A DNA stretch of 53,421 nucleotides from Octopus bimaculoides (lineage: Eukaryota), in contig NC_068981.1 of assembly GCF_001194135.2 (NCBI RefSeq), positions 33,435,731 to 33,489,151 of the forward strand. The letters run 5' to 3'. The translations under genes were made by a program, and so were the position numbers. The notes beneath the pieces were generated by a model that saw nothing but the letters and a program-made list of their open reading frames with translations, did not search any database and was not told where the DNA came from. Shown one piece after another: positions 1-12,833 of the stretch (position 1 is its first letter; every line of letters begins with the position of its first letter).

Positions 1-60
<60 letters not shown>

Positions 61-85
61 ATATAAATATGCATGTATATATATA
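1..85. repeat. (CA)n then (TA)-rich microsatellite
   Basis: Directly visible dinucleotide run at window start. Confidence 0.97.
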
Positions 86-392
86 AATATATTTTATGTA
101 GTTGAGCAGTATATCCTTGGTTATGGTATATAACTGGTTAGAAAGTTACCATTGGTTTCACGCCCACTATTGCACCTGGTAATATAGGTAACTCATCAAA
201 CCTACTGGCCAGAAGCACAAGGCCTCTTTACTGTACCGTCTTGATCAGTTTGGTGGTAAAAAAGAATGAAATTAAAAAACCCTTTCTGAGAGGGAAAGAA
301 GAGTTACCTTCCCTTGAACAATTCCAGCTATGACAAAAATGGGTCAATCTGTGTATGTTTTATTCCATTCTCTATTCCACAAACACAGAAGA

Positions 393-850
393 TCATACTT
401 CCAAAATGAATTTTCTGTCATGAGGGTATCTGCTAAAAATTTCACTTTTCAAATTCAGGAAAGTACCTACATCTTGTGAATTTTCTAGAATCATTGTCCT
501 TTCAGCTAAGCAAAGTTTGCACCATCTACTTCCATTGAGGTATGGCCCAGGTTGTTCCAGCAGCTTCCAATTAATTTTGTATGGCATTCCCATCTTTTAA
601 ACGCCATATATAGCTACCTAATGTTGTAACGTTGCACCTCTTTGAGATCCTACAAAGGACCTATGGTTATTTAACCTGGCCTTAAAGGGACCTTCTATTA
701 CTCCAATATATTTCTATGTGTGTGTCCTTTCATTACTGCTGCTGCTTTTGTTGGGACTGAATCTAAAATTTCAGCTATACCTCTCTCAATAACTTCCATA
801 AATTAATTCATCAACTTGATACCTCCCTAATCATACAGCCATGCCAGTGC
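393..850 (-). mobile_element. Penelope-like element, degenerate GIY-YIG endonuclease C-terminus
   Basis: Minus strand with frameshifts reads LIY...KYIGVIEGPFKARLNNHRSF...TTLGSYIWRLKD...YKINWKLLEQPGPYLNGSRWCKLCLAE...LNLKSEIFSRYPHDRKF. This is the typical PLE GIY-YIG plus CxLCLxE/H tail pattern. Confidence 0.85.
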
Positions 851-999
851 CTACTGGTATATCTGTAGGTAACCTATACCTATATCCATATATATCATCA
901 TCATCATTATCATCATTATCATCATCATCATTTTATGACTACTTTCTCTGCTGGTATAAGTTGAATGGTTCGGGATCCAATAGATCAAAGGACCACACC

Positions 1000-1140
1000 T
1001 TACTTCAATGTCTCAGTTATTACATGGCTTTGATGGCTGAATGCCCTTCCTAACACCAACCATTTGATGGCTGAATGCTCTTCCTAACACCAACCATGTC
1101 CTCAGTGCATTTTTCATGGCAACAGCTCTAAGGAGGTTGT
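1000..1140 (-). repeat. Family A repeat fragment with 34-bp tandem duplication (1029-1062 / 1063-1096)
   Basis: TTTGATGGCTGAATGC(C/T)CTTCCTAACACCAACCA occurs twice in tandem; core matches family A GGATGCCCTTCCTAACGCCAACC. Confidence 0.7.
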
Positions 1141-2934
1141 CTCACCTTCTGCTCAAGTAAAGCATTCTTCCAAACTTGTGTTGAGTCTGCTCAGTATGCC
1201 AACCACTTTACAAATTGTATTGAGAGCCTATTTTCACGACCATTGGAGGTTGATGCACTTCTCACAAATGCAGGTTTGTGAGATGGTTGTGATCTGTAAA
1301 CAGTTTTGAGTAGGAACCAGAAAGTGGAGTATGAACATGCAATGTGCATGTACACACTGAATTCATAAAACAGAAGAGAAGAAAAACGCAATGCGCATGT
1401 CAAAATAAAATGGAAGAGAAAAATAAAATAAGTTATATGATGGTCTACATGCCACATCTGACAGTTTTGCTGCAATGTTGTTGTTTATAGCATCAACACT
1501 AATGAGGTTACTTTGTAACTTGCAAGACTTAAGAGTCTCCAAATCTGAAAGAGAGAATAGGGGAGAGAGTGATGGTATTGAGAGAAATGATGGGAGAAAT
1601 TAAAGTATGAGGGGAGGAATAGACCTATTATGAGAGGGTGGCAGTGGGGTGAGTAATAGAGGAAACAGTGTTGTGGAGAGCAATGGAAAGGAAAGAGTCA
1701 GTGGTTTATAAGAAAGAAAGCAGGACAGTGATAAGGATGATGGGGTGTGTTGAGCATGGAGAACCAGTGCTATCTTATCTTATAAGAATAAATATAGCTG
1801 GTGGGATGAGTGGAAGTATGCATGAGAGAGGGAGATAGAGATGAGGGTGAGAAAGAGCCAGAACAATGGGGTGTGAGTCAGTGAAAGAAAAAGAGGTGGG
1901 GAGGATGTTGTGGAGGTAAGGCAGAGTGATCTGAGGGTGTTGAGATGGTGGGGAAGCTGTATGAAGAGAACAGTGAGAGAAAAAGAGGTAAGGAATCAGG
2001 GAGTAGTGGATGAATGCAATGAGAGAAATGAGATAAAGAATCATGAGGGTATCACAGAAGTAGGAGGTGGAGAGCAGAGGATGAATGAACAACTAACTGT
2101 TTAGGCTATCATCACTAACTGTTTAAAGTTTTGTCTACCATACTTGCTCTCAGTGCAAGTTTTCTCCAGTACAGCATGTCACCAATTGTCAGAGTCCTTT
2201 GTCATCTCTTTTGGGAGGGTCAGCATCTTGAGATCAGTTTTCATTTTATTGTCCTATGTCTTTCTAGGTCCTCTTTTTATGCAGCTGTGATCATCCATAT
2301 GCATGATATGCCCAAGCTAACATTAGTTTTCTCTCTTGTATCATCATCTGATTTCTCTTACACACAGTTCTTCTCACAATTTATTTGTGCCCCATCTTTC
2401 AAGTACATTACAAATCAGCAAAGCATACTCACTTCATTTTTTTTCAAGTCTTCCCAAGTCTTCTACATCCAAAGCCCATTTCTCTTTCTCATTACCATAT
2501 AGCATCACACTTTACAGACAAGCATTAGGCAATCTGTCCTTCTGTAGAAGAAGCTCTTTATTGTCAGCAGAGGTAGCAGTTCTCTGAATTTTTACCAACC
2601 TGATCTTATTCTAGCTATGCTTTCACAGCACTCCCCACCCAACCACTACCATTGCTCATTAGATCACTTAGCTAACAAAAACTATTAATTACTTCTAGGA
2701 AGCTTTCTGAGCAGTTAAGAGAATTTATTTCCAGTGTGCTGTCTGTGTTTAATATTCCTGTGCATCTGTTATGTATGAAGGTTATTTTCCAATTGTCTCA
2801 TGACAATAATAGTAGTAGTTTAGAATTTCAACTACCTATTCCATTTCTGCATGCCAAGCTCAGTGATTGCCATGAGACATTAAAGTTTTATCTTCTTTTC
2901 TACTTAGCACATCTTTAGACTTGGTAATATTACT

Positions 2935-3475
2935 TTAACCCTTTAGCATTTAAAATAGCCTAGAGTGTCGGGCTCACAATCATGAGGTAGTGAGTTTGGT
3001 TCCCGGATTGGGCTGTGTGTTGTGTTCTTGAGCAAGACACTTTATTTTACATTGCTCCAGTTGACTCAGCTGCAGAAATGAGTTGCGACACCACTGGTGC
3101 CAAGCTGTATCAGCCTTTGCCTTTCTTTTGGATAACATTGGTGGCATGGACAGGAGAAAGCTGGTATGCATGGGCAACTGCTGGTCTTCCATAAACAACC
3201 TTGTGCCTCAGAGGGTAACTTTCTAGGTGCAATCCCAAAGCCATTCATGACGAAAGGGGGGTCTTTACCCTTTTTATCCGGCCCAAATATTCAACCTGTT
3301 TTATGCTCAAACTCGCTAGATCTGGCCTTTCACATCTACCCTACAACGTCATTTTACAAATAAACAGTCACATCGTCAACATCTCAAAGCTATGAAGTAA
3401 TGTAGGATTAATTCAAAATGATGTTAATACATAAGCCTTACATTTGACAAAGTAATCTGAATGTTACAGGGTTAA
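2935..3475. mobile_element. piggyBac-type MITE (TTAA-CCCTTTAGCAT...GGG-TTAA) carrying a SINE insertion
   Basis: TTAA at 2935-2938 and 3472-3475; body matches copies at 48259 and 50928 once 2961-3274 is removed. Confidence 0.85.
2961..3274 (+). mobile_element. tRNA-derived SINE (family T), 5' truncated
   Basis: Near-identical to 8665-9002; central TGTGTTCTTGAGCAAGACAC motif. Confidence 0.85.
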
Positions 3476-4029
3476 AGACCTTCAATTCCAGGTTTTGCTT
3501 CCATTTTCTGAAATTTCTCCTCCAATTCTAACAGATTTTGCTGTAAGAATTTAATCATCAGCATACAGAAGCTCCCACAGGTAGCCAGTGTTAAACTCCT
3601 CTTATGGCATGAAGGACTATAATAAACAACAGAGGGTTGAGGATTGTGCCCTGAGAGACCCACACAATCATGCTAAATTCGTTTGAACCACCAGATGACA
3701 GATTGATAAACACTGTCAAAAAAGCTTTCTCAAAATCTACAAATGCTAGACATATAGGTTTACTCCAAGCTAAATGTTTCCCTCACTGTTGTCTGACTAA
3801 GAAAATGGCATTGGTAGGTGGTACCTATTCCTGGCACAAAGCCAAACTGCATCACATCTAGGCTAATCCTGTTCCTAATCAATTTTGCAATAACTCTAAC
3901 TTTCATGACCTGGTTCAACAATTTCATACATCTGTAGTTTCCTTTCTCTCTTGCATTCCCTTTGCTTTCCTAAGAGTTTGCAATGAAGCTGCTACACCAG
4001 TCATTGGGTATGAGACCTGTTATTATCTG

Positions 4030-4285
4030 CTGTGTGTGTGTGTGTGTTTGTGTACACATGAACACACACACACACACACACACACATATAAATGTATGTG
4101 TTTAGATGTACATATATGTTTATATAAAACATATAAATATATATATTTACAAACACATGTATATACATGTAAACATATACATATATATATATATACATAT
4201 ATATATATTTATTTATACATGTATATATCACACATGTATATTTATACATATACATATATATACATATATATACACAAATATATAT

Positions 4286-4332
<47 letters not shown>
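4030..4332. repeat. Compound (TG)/(CA)/(TA) microsatellite
   Basis: Directly visible. Confidence 0.97.
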
Positions 4333-4333
<1 letters not shown>

Positions 4334-4335
<2 letters not shown>

Positions 4336-5397
4336 TAGTATATTGCCACTTAAGTGTGGCTGACCCTTAGGGGTGGATGTTACTGTTGCTTTTAGCCCCA
4401 GGAGGACATCTCCTCCAGCTGGCTTATCGACACACAACTGTGTCCTGTTTGCCAAGGGAAGTTATCCCTCTCACCATGATCTGTAGCACGAACGGATCCG
4501 GATTTCAGGGTTATTTCCCTTCGTCAGCGTTCGACGGCCACNNNNNNNNNNNNNNNNNNNNNNNNNNNNNNNNNNNNNNNNNNNNNNNNNNNNNNNNNNN
4601 NNNNNNNNNNNNNNNNNNNNNNNNNNNNNNNNNNNNNNNNNNNNNNNNNNNNNNNNNNNNNNNNNNNNNNNNNNNNNNNNNNNNNNNNNNNNNNNNNNNN
4701 NNNNNNNNNNNNNNNNNNNNNNNNNNNNNNNNNNNNNNNNNNNNNNNNNNNNNNNNNNNNNNNNNNNNNNNNNNNNNNNNNNNNNNNNNNNNNNNNNNNN
4801 NNNNNNNNNNNNNNNNNNNNNNNNNNNNNNNNNNNNNNNNNNNNNNNNNNNNNNNNNNNNNNNNNNNNNNNNNNNNNNNNNNNNNNNNNNNNNNNNNNNN
4901 NNNNNNNNNNNNNNNNNNNNNNNNNNNNNNNNNNNNNNNNNNNNNNNNNNNNNNNNNNNNNNNNNNNNNNNNNNNNNNNNNNNNNNNNNNNNNNNNNNNN
5001 NNNNNNNNNNNNNNNNNNNNNNNNNNNNNNNNNNNNNNNNNNNNNNNNNNNNNNNNNNNNNNNNNNNNNNNNNNNNNNNNNNNNNNNNNNNNNNNNNNNN
5101 NNNNNNNNNNNNNNNNNNNNNNNNNNNNNNNNNNNNNNNNNNNNNNNNNNNNNNNNNNNNNNNNNTTTTTGTCTCTCTCACCAAGGTCAGTGGCCGTCGA
5201 ACGCCGACGAAGGGAAATAACCCTGAAATCCGGATCCGTTCGTGCTACAGATCATGGTGAGAGGGATAACTTCCCTTGGCAAACAGGACACAGTCGTGTG
5301 TCGATAAGCCAGCTGGAGGAGATGTCCTCCTGGGGCTAAAAGCAACAGTAACATCCACCCCTAGGGGTCAGCCACACTTAAGTGGCAATATACTACA
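4334..5397. mobile_element. Foldback/MITE-like element: 208-bp inverted arms (4334-4541, 5190-5397) around an N gap
   Basis: Arms are reverse complements with 3 mismatches by my count; diverged solo relative at about 12340-12475. Confidence 0.8.
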
Positions 5398-5447
5398 TTT
5401 TATCGTGCAGTTACTGTTAATACTTCATTTAGAGAATTAACATTGCT

Positions 5448-5483
<36 letters not shown>

Positions 5484-5569
5484 GAAATATATACATATAT
5501 ATATATATATATAAATATACACTCACACACACACACACACATATATATACATATATTTGCACATATATA

Positions 5570-6410
5570 TTGGGTCATCCCATAAATAATGTGTTTTATT
5601 CAATTGCATGGACTAAAAGTTGGAGGGGGACAGGATAAACTACCTGTATCAACTTGCTATAAAAGCAGGTAGCAATTTTACCTTGTCTTATTCTTAGTGC
5701 AGGTTTTGAAGAGTGCAGTTTGATTTTAACAGTTATTTTTTCAAAGCTATAATGGAAGTGACAAAGGAGCATATTCAGCATATTTTGCTTTATGAGTTCA
5801 ATAAAGGCAACAGCACAACAGAAAGTGCAAGGAATATTAATACAGTATATAGGGATCAAACAATAAGCATAAGACAGTGTCAACAGTGGTTCCAGAAATT
5901 CTGAGCCAGAAACTACAGCCTAGAAGATGAGCCTCATCCTGGAAGATCTGTAGAGCTCAATGAGGATGTCCTGCAAACCCTGGTGGAACGAAATCCCATC
6001 GTAACTGTTGAGGAACTAGAAGAGAAGCTCGGATTTGGTCGGTCAATCATTTATCGACACCTGTGTTAGAAGAAAAATGACCATCTTTGGTTTCAAGATA
6101 AAAGGTGTTCTTCCATCAGGATAATGTTTGGCCACATACAGTAGGGATGACATCCCAACGGCTGGAGCAGTTTGAATGGGAAACGATGCCCCACCCACCA
6201 TATTTGCTGGACATTGTCCCATCTGATTATCGTTTATTCTGCAGTCTTCAAAGTCATTTGGACGGAAAAAATGAGGAGTACTTTTCATCACAGACAAGTG
6301 AATTTTGGAAAAGGGGCCTTGCAAGTCTACCAGATGGATGGAAGAGCAGTGTAGAGAATGAAGGAGAGTATATTTTAGATTAAAAAAGAACTTCATTTAT
6401 CTTGTAGTGT
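5570..6410 (+). mobile_element. mariner (DD34D) transposon, internally deleted pseudogene
   Basis: TA|TTGGGTCATCCC left end; MEVTKEHIQHILLYEFNKG...QWFQKF...LEDEPHPGR HTH, joined near 6068 to FHQDN...PHPPY...PSDY...EGEYILD. First catalytic D region and right TIR missing; in-frame stops. Confidence 0.93.
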
Positions 6411-7023
6411 CTGGGGAGAGTCATTCTCTTTTAGTGCCTTATTATTTAGCACACTCACCAGTAAAGTTTCAACTCATTACTCATTTACTCATGGCTTGTA
6501 AAAGATTGTAATTCATTTCTAATCCATTTATCTCTTTATCAACTACTAAATGTAAGACTAGCAGACTGTGCTTATTTAGAATAAAGGACAAGAATGAGTT
6601 GACAGCTCATGGGTAGGTATGGTCATAAATATTAACATATGTACCCCTTTTCCTCAGGGAGGAAAGAAGACATTAGGAGTAGCCAGTTGGATATAAGTAC
6701 CTGTCTATAAAAAGAGGCAGAGTAAGGTTAGACTTTAAATCATGATGTTAATTACCAGTTAAAGGGGTAATTAATATCCTGTATTAATATCCTAAGTAAC
6801 CTAGGATATTAATACAGAGGAAATTTTATCTTGGGGCACCATGGGTGATCGTTTATGAACAATATTGTTATATTGTATAAAAATAAAATTTAAGATTTTC
6901 AAAAATGATATCATAACCAAAATAGGTAAAATGTGTGTATATATAAAATATCAACATTAAAAAGGAAACATTACATAGAATCAGTTTAATATTCATTCAT
7001 GTACTAAATTAATTACATATTAG

Positions 7024-7071
7024 GCGGTTTCTATAAAGACTGCTGAGGCAAATTCAGAATTCTTTCTTATG
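7024..7071 (+). CDS. Candidate exon of unidentified gene 1 (AVSIKTAEANSEFFLM)
   Basis: tag acceptor, ATG|gtaaga donor, 48 nt open, phase 0-0; linking exon(s) to 10669 not found. Confidence 0.4.
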
Positions 7072-7274
7072 GTAAGAAGTATAAAAACACTATATCTTCC
7101 TAGTGTTGCCCTCTGTCAGATTCCTAAACACAACATGTCTAGCTTTCACTCATAATTAATATTACCTCAGTGTTGATGCAGCCCAACAATCCCCACCCTA
7201 AAATCAATCTGATATTAAAAAAAAACAATTTTGTGGAGCACTTTTCACTATTTTTGTCTACATTCTTTGTCTAT

Positions 7275-7285
7275 TTGTCTCTGTC

Positions 7286-7350
<65 letters not shown>
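7275..7350. repeat. (CT)n microsatellite
   Basis: Directly visible. Confidence 0.95.
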
Positions 7351-7358
<8 letters not shown>

Positions 7359-7464
7359 GACCAAATAACCATGTATTTCCTCTACAGCAAAACACCTGTT
7401 TCTGTCTCTCTGTCACACTCTAACCTTTCATCATCTGGCAAAAGATCACCTCCTCCAATGCCAC

Positions 7465-7700
7465 CTCCCCTCTCAAAGGATCTTTGCCTTGCAAGTTTCT
7501 TGGTAACTCTGCCAGTGCTGGTACCATGTAAAAAGCATCCTCTCTACACTGTAAAGTGGTTGGCATTTGGAAGGGCATCCAGGTGTAAAAAACCATGCCA
7601 AAACAGACACTGAAGCCTGGTGTTGTCTTCTGCCTAGCCAGCTCCTGTCAAACCATGCCAGCATGGAAAGGAGGACGTTAAATGATGACGGTGATAATGA
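7465..7700 (+). mobile_element. Family A retroposon (RTE-tail-like SINE/LINE 3' end)
   Basis: GGAAGGGCATCCAG...CCATGCCAGCATGGAAAG..GACGTTAAATGATGA. Further copies near 9975-10170(-), 11455-11860(-), 13810-14110, 14525-14620, 42575-42790(-), 46170-46445, 47950-48200, 49990-50150, 50575-50875(-), 51470-51830. Confidence 0.85.
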
Positions 7701-7867
7701 CTGCAATCACAGCTGTATGGGCTCATGATGCTCCTCAGTACACCCCAGCCCCTAAGTTATACACTTCCTTCATTTTACACAATACTCAGGTCGCACTGTT
7801 GCACTTTCACATAGTTTAGGTTTAGGTTGATTTTTTTTTTCTCTCTACTTTACATGGCTGTATATTG

Positions 7868-8300
7868 GTGCAGGCTTAGCCATGTGGTTAAAAACCTTGC
7901 TTTGTAACCACATGGTTTAGGGTTCAGTCCAAATTGGGCAGTGCCTTGGATGTCTCCTATTATAGTCCTAGATCAACCAATGCCTTGTGAGTGAATTTGG
8001 TTGATGGAAACTGTGGAATTTAGATGCACACACGTGCGCATGTATGTATATGTGTGTCTGTGTGCACATGCATGTGTCTTTGCATCTGTGTTTGTGCCCA
8101 GCCCCAACTTCACAACGGGTGTTACTTTGTATACATCCCCATAACTTAGCAGTTTGACAAAAGAGACTGATAGAATAAGTACCAGTTTTTTTTATTTTTA
8201 TAACTACTGGATTTGATTTATTCAGCTAAAACACTTCAAGATGATGTTCCAGTGCCCCAGCATGGCTACAGTCCAATGACTGAAACAAGTAGAAAGATAA
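7868..8300 (+). mobile_element. tRNA-derived SINE family B (internal microsatellite), diverged
   Basis: Matches better copies at 19444 and 29165. Confidence 0.8.
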
Positions 8301-8664
8301 TTAAATGCCAAAACTCTATTTCATTTCTATTTTGGTTCTATATTTCCTTTTCGCTTTAGTTTCATTTCATTGCTTTGATAGTGAGAAAATGGTTAACAGT
8401 GCACAAATGCATCTTGCATTCTCACTTGTTGTTTCTGGGTTGAATTTCACTATATAATAAAATAAAATAATGAATTTATTGTATATAGTACTCAGATGCA
8501 CTACAGCATGTCAGAAAAGCTAGCCAAAACTGCATGTACAGTACATAGAATAATGCACAGGAAGTGAACAGTGAAGGAGTCGTTTAAAAAGAGGATGGGG
8601 TTCAGGTGTACTATTGGCGAATTTCAGGAAGCCAGGTAGATTTGAAGAATGTAATGTTCCAACA

Positions 8665-9002
8665 GGCACATGGCTCAGTGGTTAGAGCATTGGGCTCACA
8701 ATCTTGAGGTCATGAGTTCAATTTCCAGACTGGGCTGTGTGTTGTGTTCTTGAGCAAGACACTTTATTTCACATTGTTCCAGTTCACTCAGCTGTAGAAA
8801 TGAGTTGTGACATCACTGGTGCCAAGCCTTATCGCCTTTTGCCTTTCTCTTGGATAACATCGGTGACATGGAGAGGGGAGGCTGGTATGCATGGGCGACT
8901 GCTGGTCTTCCACAAACAACTTTGCCCAGACTTGTGCCTCAGAGGGTAACTTTCTAGGTGCAATCCCATGGTCATTCATGACTGAAGAAAGTCTTTACCT
9001 TA
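8665..9002 (+). mobile_element. tRNA-derived SINE (family T), full length
   Basis: A box TGGCTCAGTGG, B box GAGTTCAATTTCC, followed by a non-tRNA body shared with 2961-3274. Confidence 0.88.
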
Positions 9003-9722
9003 GTGTCTCAACATGTTTTTAAACCCAGTAAGTCCAAAACAGATATTATCTCTAGGCATATACGGCAGTAAATTTGCTTATCAAGATGTATTAACATAAA
9101 TTATGATACATAAAAGGTTATACATACATTAATTATACTAATTTTGAATAATCTGCAAATGATCAGTGATGAGGACTTTTTAGCTACAAAATGAACCAAA
9201 TGTTTGAAATGATCCCCATAGCTGTGTTTCTGTTCATGACCAAAACTAAATTTTTTTGATTGCTGTTAATGAAATCTCACACACTCTCAAACCACACAAT
9301 TATATATTTTGTGGCCTCTGTAACCCTCCTATAAATAAATACACATTTTAGATGTAGAGATTTGATGTAAAAGGAAACTTTCTCTGTTATTTATCTGCTT
9401 TTTTGCCTTTAAATTTCTACGTTAAATCCCACCGGCGATAACTTTACCTTTCATACTTTCTTGGTCAATAATCTATTTACCAGTTATACATTGGAGGCAA
9501 GTCAACCGACTGTGTCTTATCCACTGAAAGATATAAAAAAAAAGTGATTCTTGTGCCTGTTCAAAAGATCCTAATTGATAAAAAGCAAAATTCATGGAAG
9601 GGAGGCAACTCTTTATAATTCGTGGAAGGGTTATATAAAATACATTGTTACCGCTGGAAAATTGTTTATATTTAGTAGCTCATCTCTCTCAATTTATGTA
9701 TTGGTCGAAGTATCGCACGCAA

Positions 9723-9724
<2 letters not shown>

Positions 9725-9775
<51 letters not shown>

Positions 9776-9910
9776 NNNNNNNNNNNNNNNNNNNNNNNNN
9801 NNNNNNNNNNNNNNNNNNNNNNNNNNNNNNNNNNNNNNNNNNNNNNNNNNNNNNNNNATGTGTGTGTGTGGGGGTGTATGTGTGCGTGCGTGTGTGTGTG
9901 TGTGTGTGTT
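9725..9910. repeat. (CA)n / gap / (TG)n microsatellite
   Basis: Directly visible. Confidence 0.9.
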
Positions 9911-10668
9911 ATAAATTAATAGCAAATTTAGTCATATAAGCCATTTCTAAAGGTATACGTTTCGCTATCAACATGATTTTATGGCCATATCCCATGCTGG
10001 AATGGATAGGGCAGTTTGACAGGATGTGACAGGTTCATGAACAACAGCATGCCCCACTGTATGCTTTGGCATGGTTTCTACTCCTAGATGCTCTTCCTAA
10101 TGCCAATCACTTTACAACATGTACTGGGTGCTTTTTCTCATGTTACCAATACTAGTGAGGTTGCCATGCAGTTTGAACGACTAGGATTCCCTTCTCTACT
10201 GAGTGAAGCCTCAGTAGAGAAGGAGGTGGCATTATGCTAGGAGATGAAGGACTAAAGTATGAGAGAAGGGGCTAGAACAGGTTTCTTGTTATAGAGGAGC
10301 TACATAGCATCTCACTTTATAGACAAGAGAGTAGGAGTGACTAAGGTGGAGCTGAAAAGAGATAAAATAGTGGTGATGACATGTTAGGGTATATCCTTGA
10401 GGTACAAGGGAAGTAGAAGTGAGTGGAGACAGCAAAATTTATTAATCAACAAAACCAAACACAGGTAGTTTCCTAATAAGATAAAAATGTCTATGAGTTA
10501 GCCTAAAAATTCACTTCTAGAACATGCTCATCTCTCTCACTTAGAATTTTATGAGGAACTTAATTTGACAGAAATAAGCCCAAGAATGTGAATAAATTCT
10601 CAATTGTTCAATCTTACATTGTATTATTCAAATACATTTTATTTAATATAATTTACATTCAATTCCAG

Positions 10669-10696
10669 CATGTCAGACAAGTAATACATTATCAGG
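10669..10696 (+). CDS. Candidate 28-nt exon of gene 1 (xCQTSNTLSG)
   Basis: ttccag acceptor, AGG|gtaaat donor; phase-2 end joins 12037 in frame. Confidence 0.55.
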
Positions 10697-12036
10697 GTAA
10701 ATATTCAGTATAGCAGAGAGACACTTATAACTTTGTTATGGTTTTAATCAAGAAGAAAGGACTGTATCCATGATTGTTACCAGCCCTCTGAGATTAATGA
10801 GATTGATATAATCGATCTTCATTTTGAACATCAAGATGTCAACAACTGCAGGAAAAATGAGAGCATGAGGGAAATTCAAGAGTTGGCATTTGAGTATACA
10901 GAGTGCATAGCAAAATGAGATGGAATTAGGTGGAAGTGGTATACAGTTAGATAATTTTGGGAAGCAGAGGCTGTTGTAGGCTCAACAGCAGACTGAGGAG
11001 ACACTGTGACTGTGGGTTAGAGGGTAAAGAGAGTGTTGGTGTGCAAGTATTTGTCAGTCAACCTGATGGTCTTGTTTTTGAATGTGGACTGGCATTTTGT
11101 GTATAGCAGCAATAACATTCCAGATAAGGAACAGTTTTCAGCAATTATTCAGGATTGAGATAATTTCCTGATCTGTAACAGAAAAGTCTTCAGTATGTAG
11201 TTTTTTTTCTATGTTATGAATGTGAATTTGATAAGAGAGATCAACAATGATACTAAGCATTTTTAGTGGATTTCAGGGTTTTAATTACTGGATTTGATGC
11301 CTTGGAAGACATATTAGATGTCCATTCCTCCAATTTCCCAGTGCATATTCAGGTACAAAAAGTTTTTAATGCATTAAAGCATATATTATAGGCCCAAATT
11401 TGCATATAGAACCCAGGGTAATTTTTTGAGATGTTTTTGGGGCAAAAAAGTGCATCATTATCATTGTTTAACGTCTGTTTTCCATGCTGGCATGGGTTGG
11501 ACAGTTTGATTGAGGACTGGTAAGCCAGGAGGCTACACCAGGCTCCAATCTGATGCCCTTCCTAATGCCTACCACTCCGAGAGTGTAGTGGGTGCTTTTT
11601 ACATGCCACCAGTGTGGGAGTTAGTCAGGCGGTACTGGCATCGGCCATGTTCAGATGGTGCTTTTCACATGCTACCGGCACAAGAGCCAGTCTGGGCTGG
11701 CATTAACTACGTTTGGATGGTGCTTTTTATGTACCACCAGCACGGGGAGCCAGTCAGGCAACACTAGTAACAACCCATGCATGAATGGTACTTATTGCAT
11801 GCCACCAGCACAGGAGCCAATCAAGCGGCACTGGCATCGGCCACAACTACAATTTCCATTTGATTGTGATTTGATTTTATTTGATTTTGATTTTGATTTT
11901 ACTTGACTCAATAGGTCTCCTCAAGCACAGCATGTCACCCGACGATTCAAAGGTGTACATCATAAAATACAGTATATGCTATCCAAAACAAGACAGGCTG
12001 AGGTAGAGGATTAAAATGATAATGAACTTTTTATAG

Positions 12037-12095
12037 CATTGGTGGCCCTAAGTTTGTCTGGCAAGACATAAGCGGTCCAATTCACACACACCCAA
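12037..12095 (+). CDS. Exon of gene 1 (IGGPKFVWQDISGPIHTHP)
   Basis: tttttatag acceptor, CAA|gtaagt donor; only one open frame; A|TT joins 13062 in frame; retains a CpG in a CpG-poor region. Confidence 0.7.
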
Positions 12096-12833
12096 GTAAG
12101 TTTTTCTTTTTCAACTTCAATAAGTTGTTTGCAAATGCATAACTAATTTATGCTCAGAGATTTATTATTGCTTGTTTCCACTTTTTCGAGATGAGTGACT
12201 TTTTGTTACTGGAAAAAGTATATATATTTGCATTGAGAATCACTTCCCATTGCCAGCCAGTGGTTGTCACATGCTGATGACGGGTCAATACCCAGAAAGT
12301 CAGGTCCGTGTGTATCACGTCAGGCTGGAGATAGGAATGACGACTTCCCTTTGCAAATATTGATAGGGCACAGATAGTGTGTCAATAGCCAGCTGGAGGA
12401 GATGTCTTCCTGGGGCTACAAGCTACAGTAGCATCGACCCTTAAGGGTTAGCCACATTTGGGTGGCAAATATATTTCAATATATAGACATCACTAAAGTG
12501 ACAAAGAGCACTTGTCAGCACCAGTGCCCTTTGCCACTTTAGCGACATCTATTTCTCTGCCTTTAGGTTGCAAAATTGCATTCAGCGTCATGCTGAATCT
12601 CCCTGAGAATTACATTAAGGATGTACATTAATTTCATGAGCAGGACTGTTACATTGATCAGATCAACTGGAACCCTCATCATCATAAGCGATAGAGAGCC
12701 ATATTATGTGTGTGTAGTATAAAATAATATATACTACGATATAAGAAGGGAGAGAACTCAATATGTTCATAGTGTAAATATTTATTTTTGAAACTGAAAA
12801 ATTCAGTATCTCTCTCTCTCTCACACACACACA

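Larger units (their letters stand above)
2110..3998 (-). mobile_element. RTE-clade LINE, degenerate ORF2 (RT to 3' end), interrupted by a MITE+SINE at 2935-3475
   Basis: Minus strand: [14 protein letters not shown]...MQFGFVPG...LAFVDFEKAF...WELLYADD (3478-3998); RIRSGWxKFRELLPLL...GHIM...PRKTW...NWxHAVLEKT (2110-2930). Confidence 0.9.

Noticed and set aside
4001-4455. Several 75-100 aa ORFs rich in Y/I/H/T/C/V
   Set aside because: Translations of TA/CA microsatellites.
4377-5339. 320-aa ORF (also long ORFs at 19137-19545, 26083-26425, 49270-49722)
   Set aside because: Length comes from N gaps translated as X.
6779-6817. 16-bp perfect hairpin CTGTATTAATATCCTA / TAGGATATTAATACAG
   Set aside because: Real but short and AT-rich, with no TSD or second copy; no function supportable.
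7739-7789. Open 51-nt segment YTPAPKLYTSFILHNTQ with AG/GT ends
   Set aside because: Weak splice sites and does not supply the phase-1 end needed before 10669.
8665-8745. tRNA-like heads (also 19444, 44168, 45665)
   Set aside because: A/B boxes run into shared SINE bodies with no closing acceptor stem; SINEs, not tRNA genes.
10781-10845. Minus-strand exon-like segment VDILMFKMKIDYINLINLRGL
   Set aside because: No phase-compatible chain found; lies antisense within gene 1.
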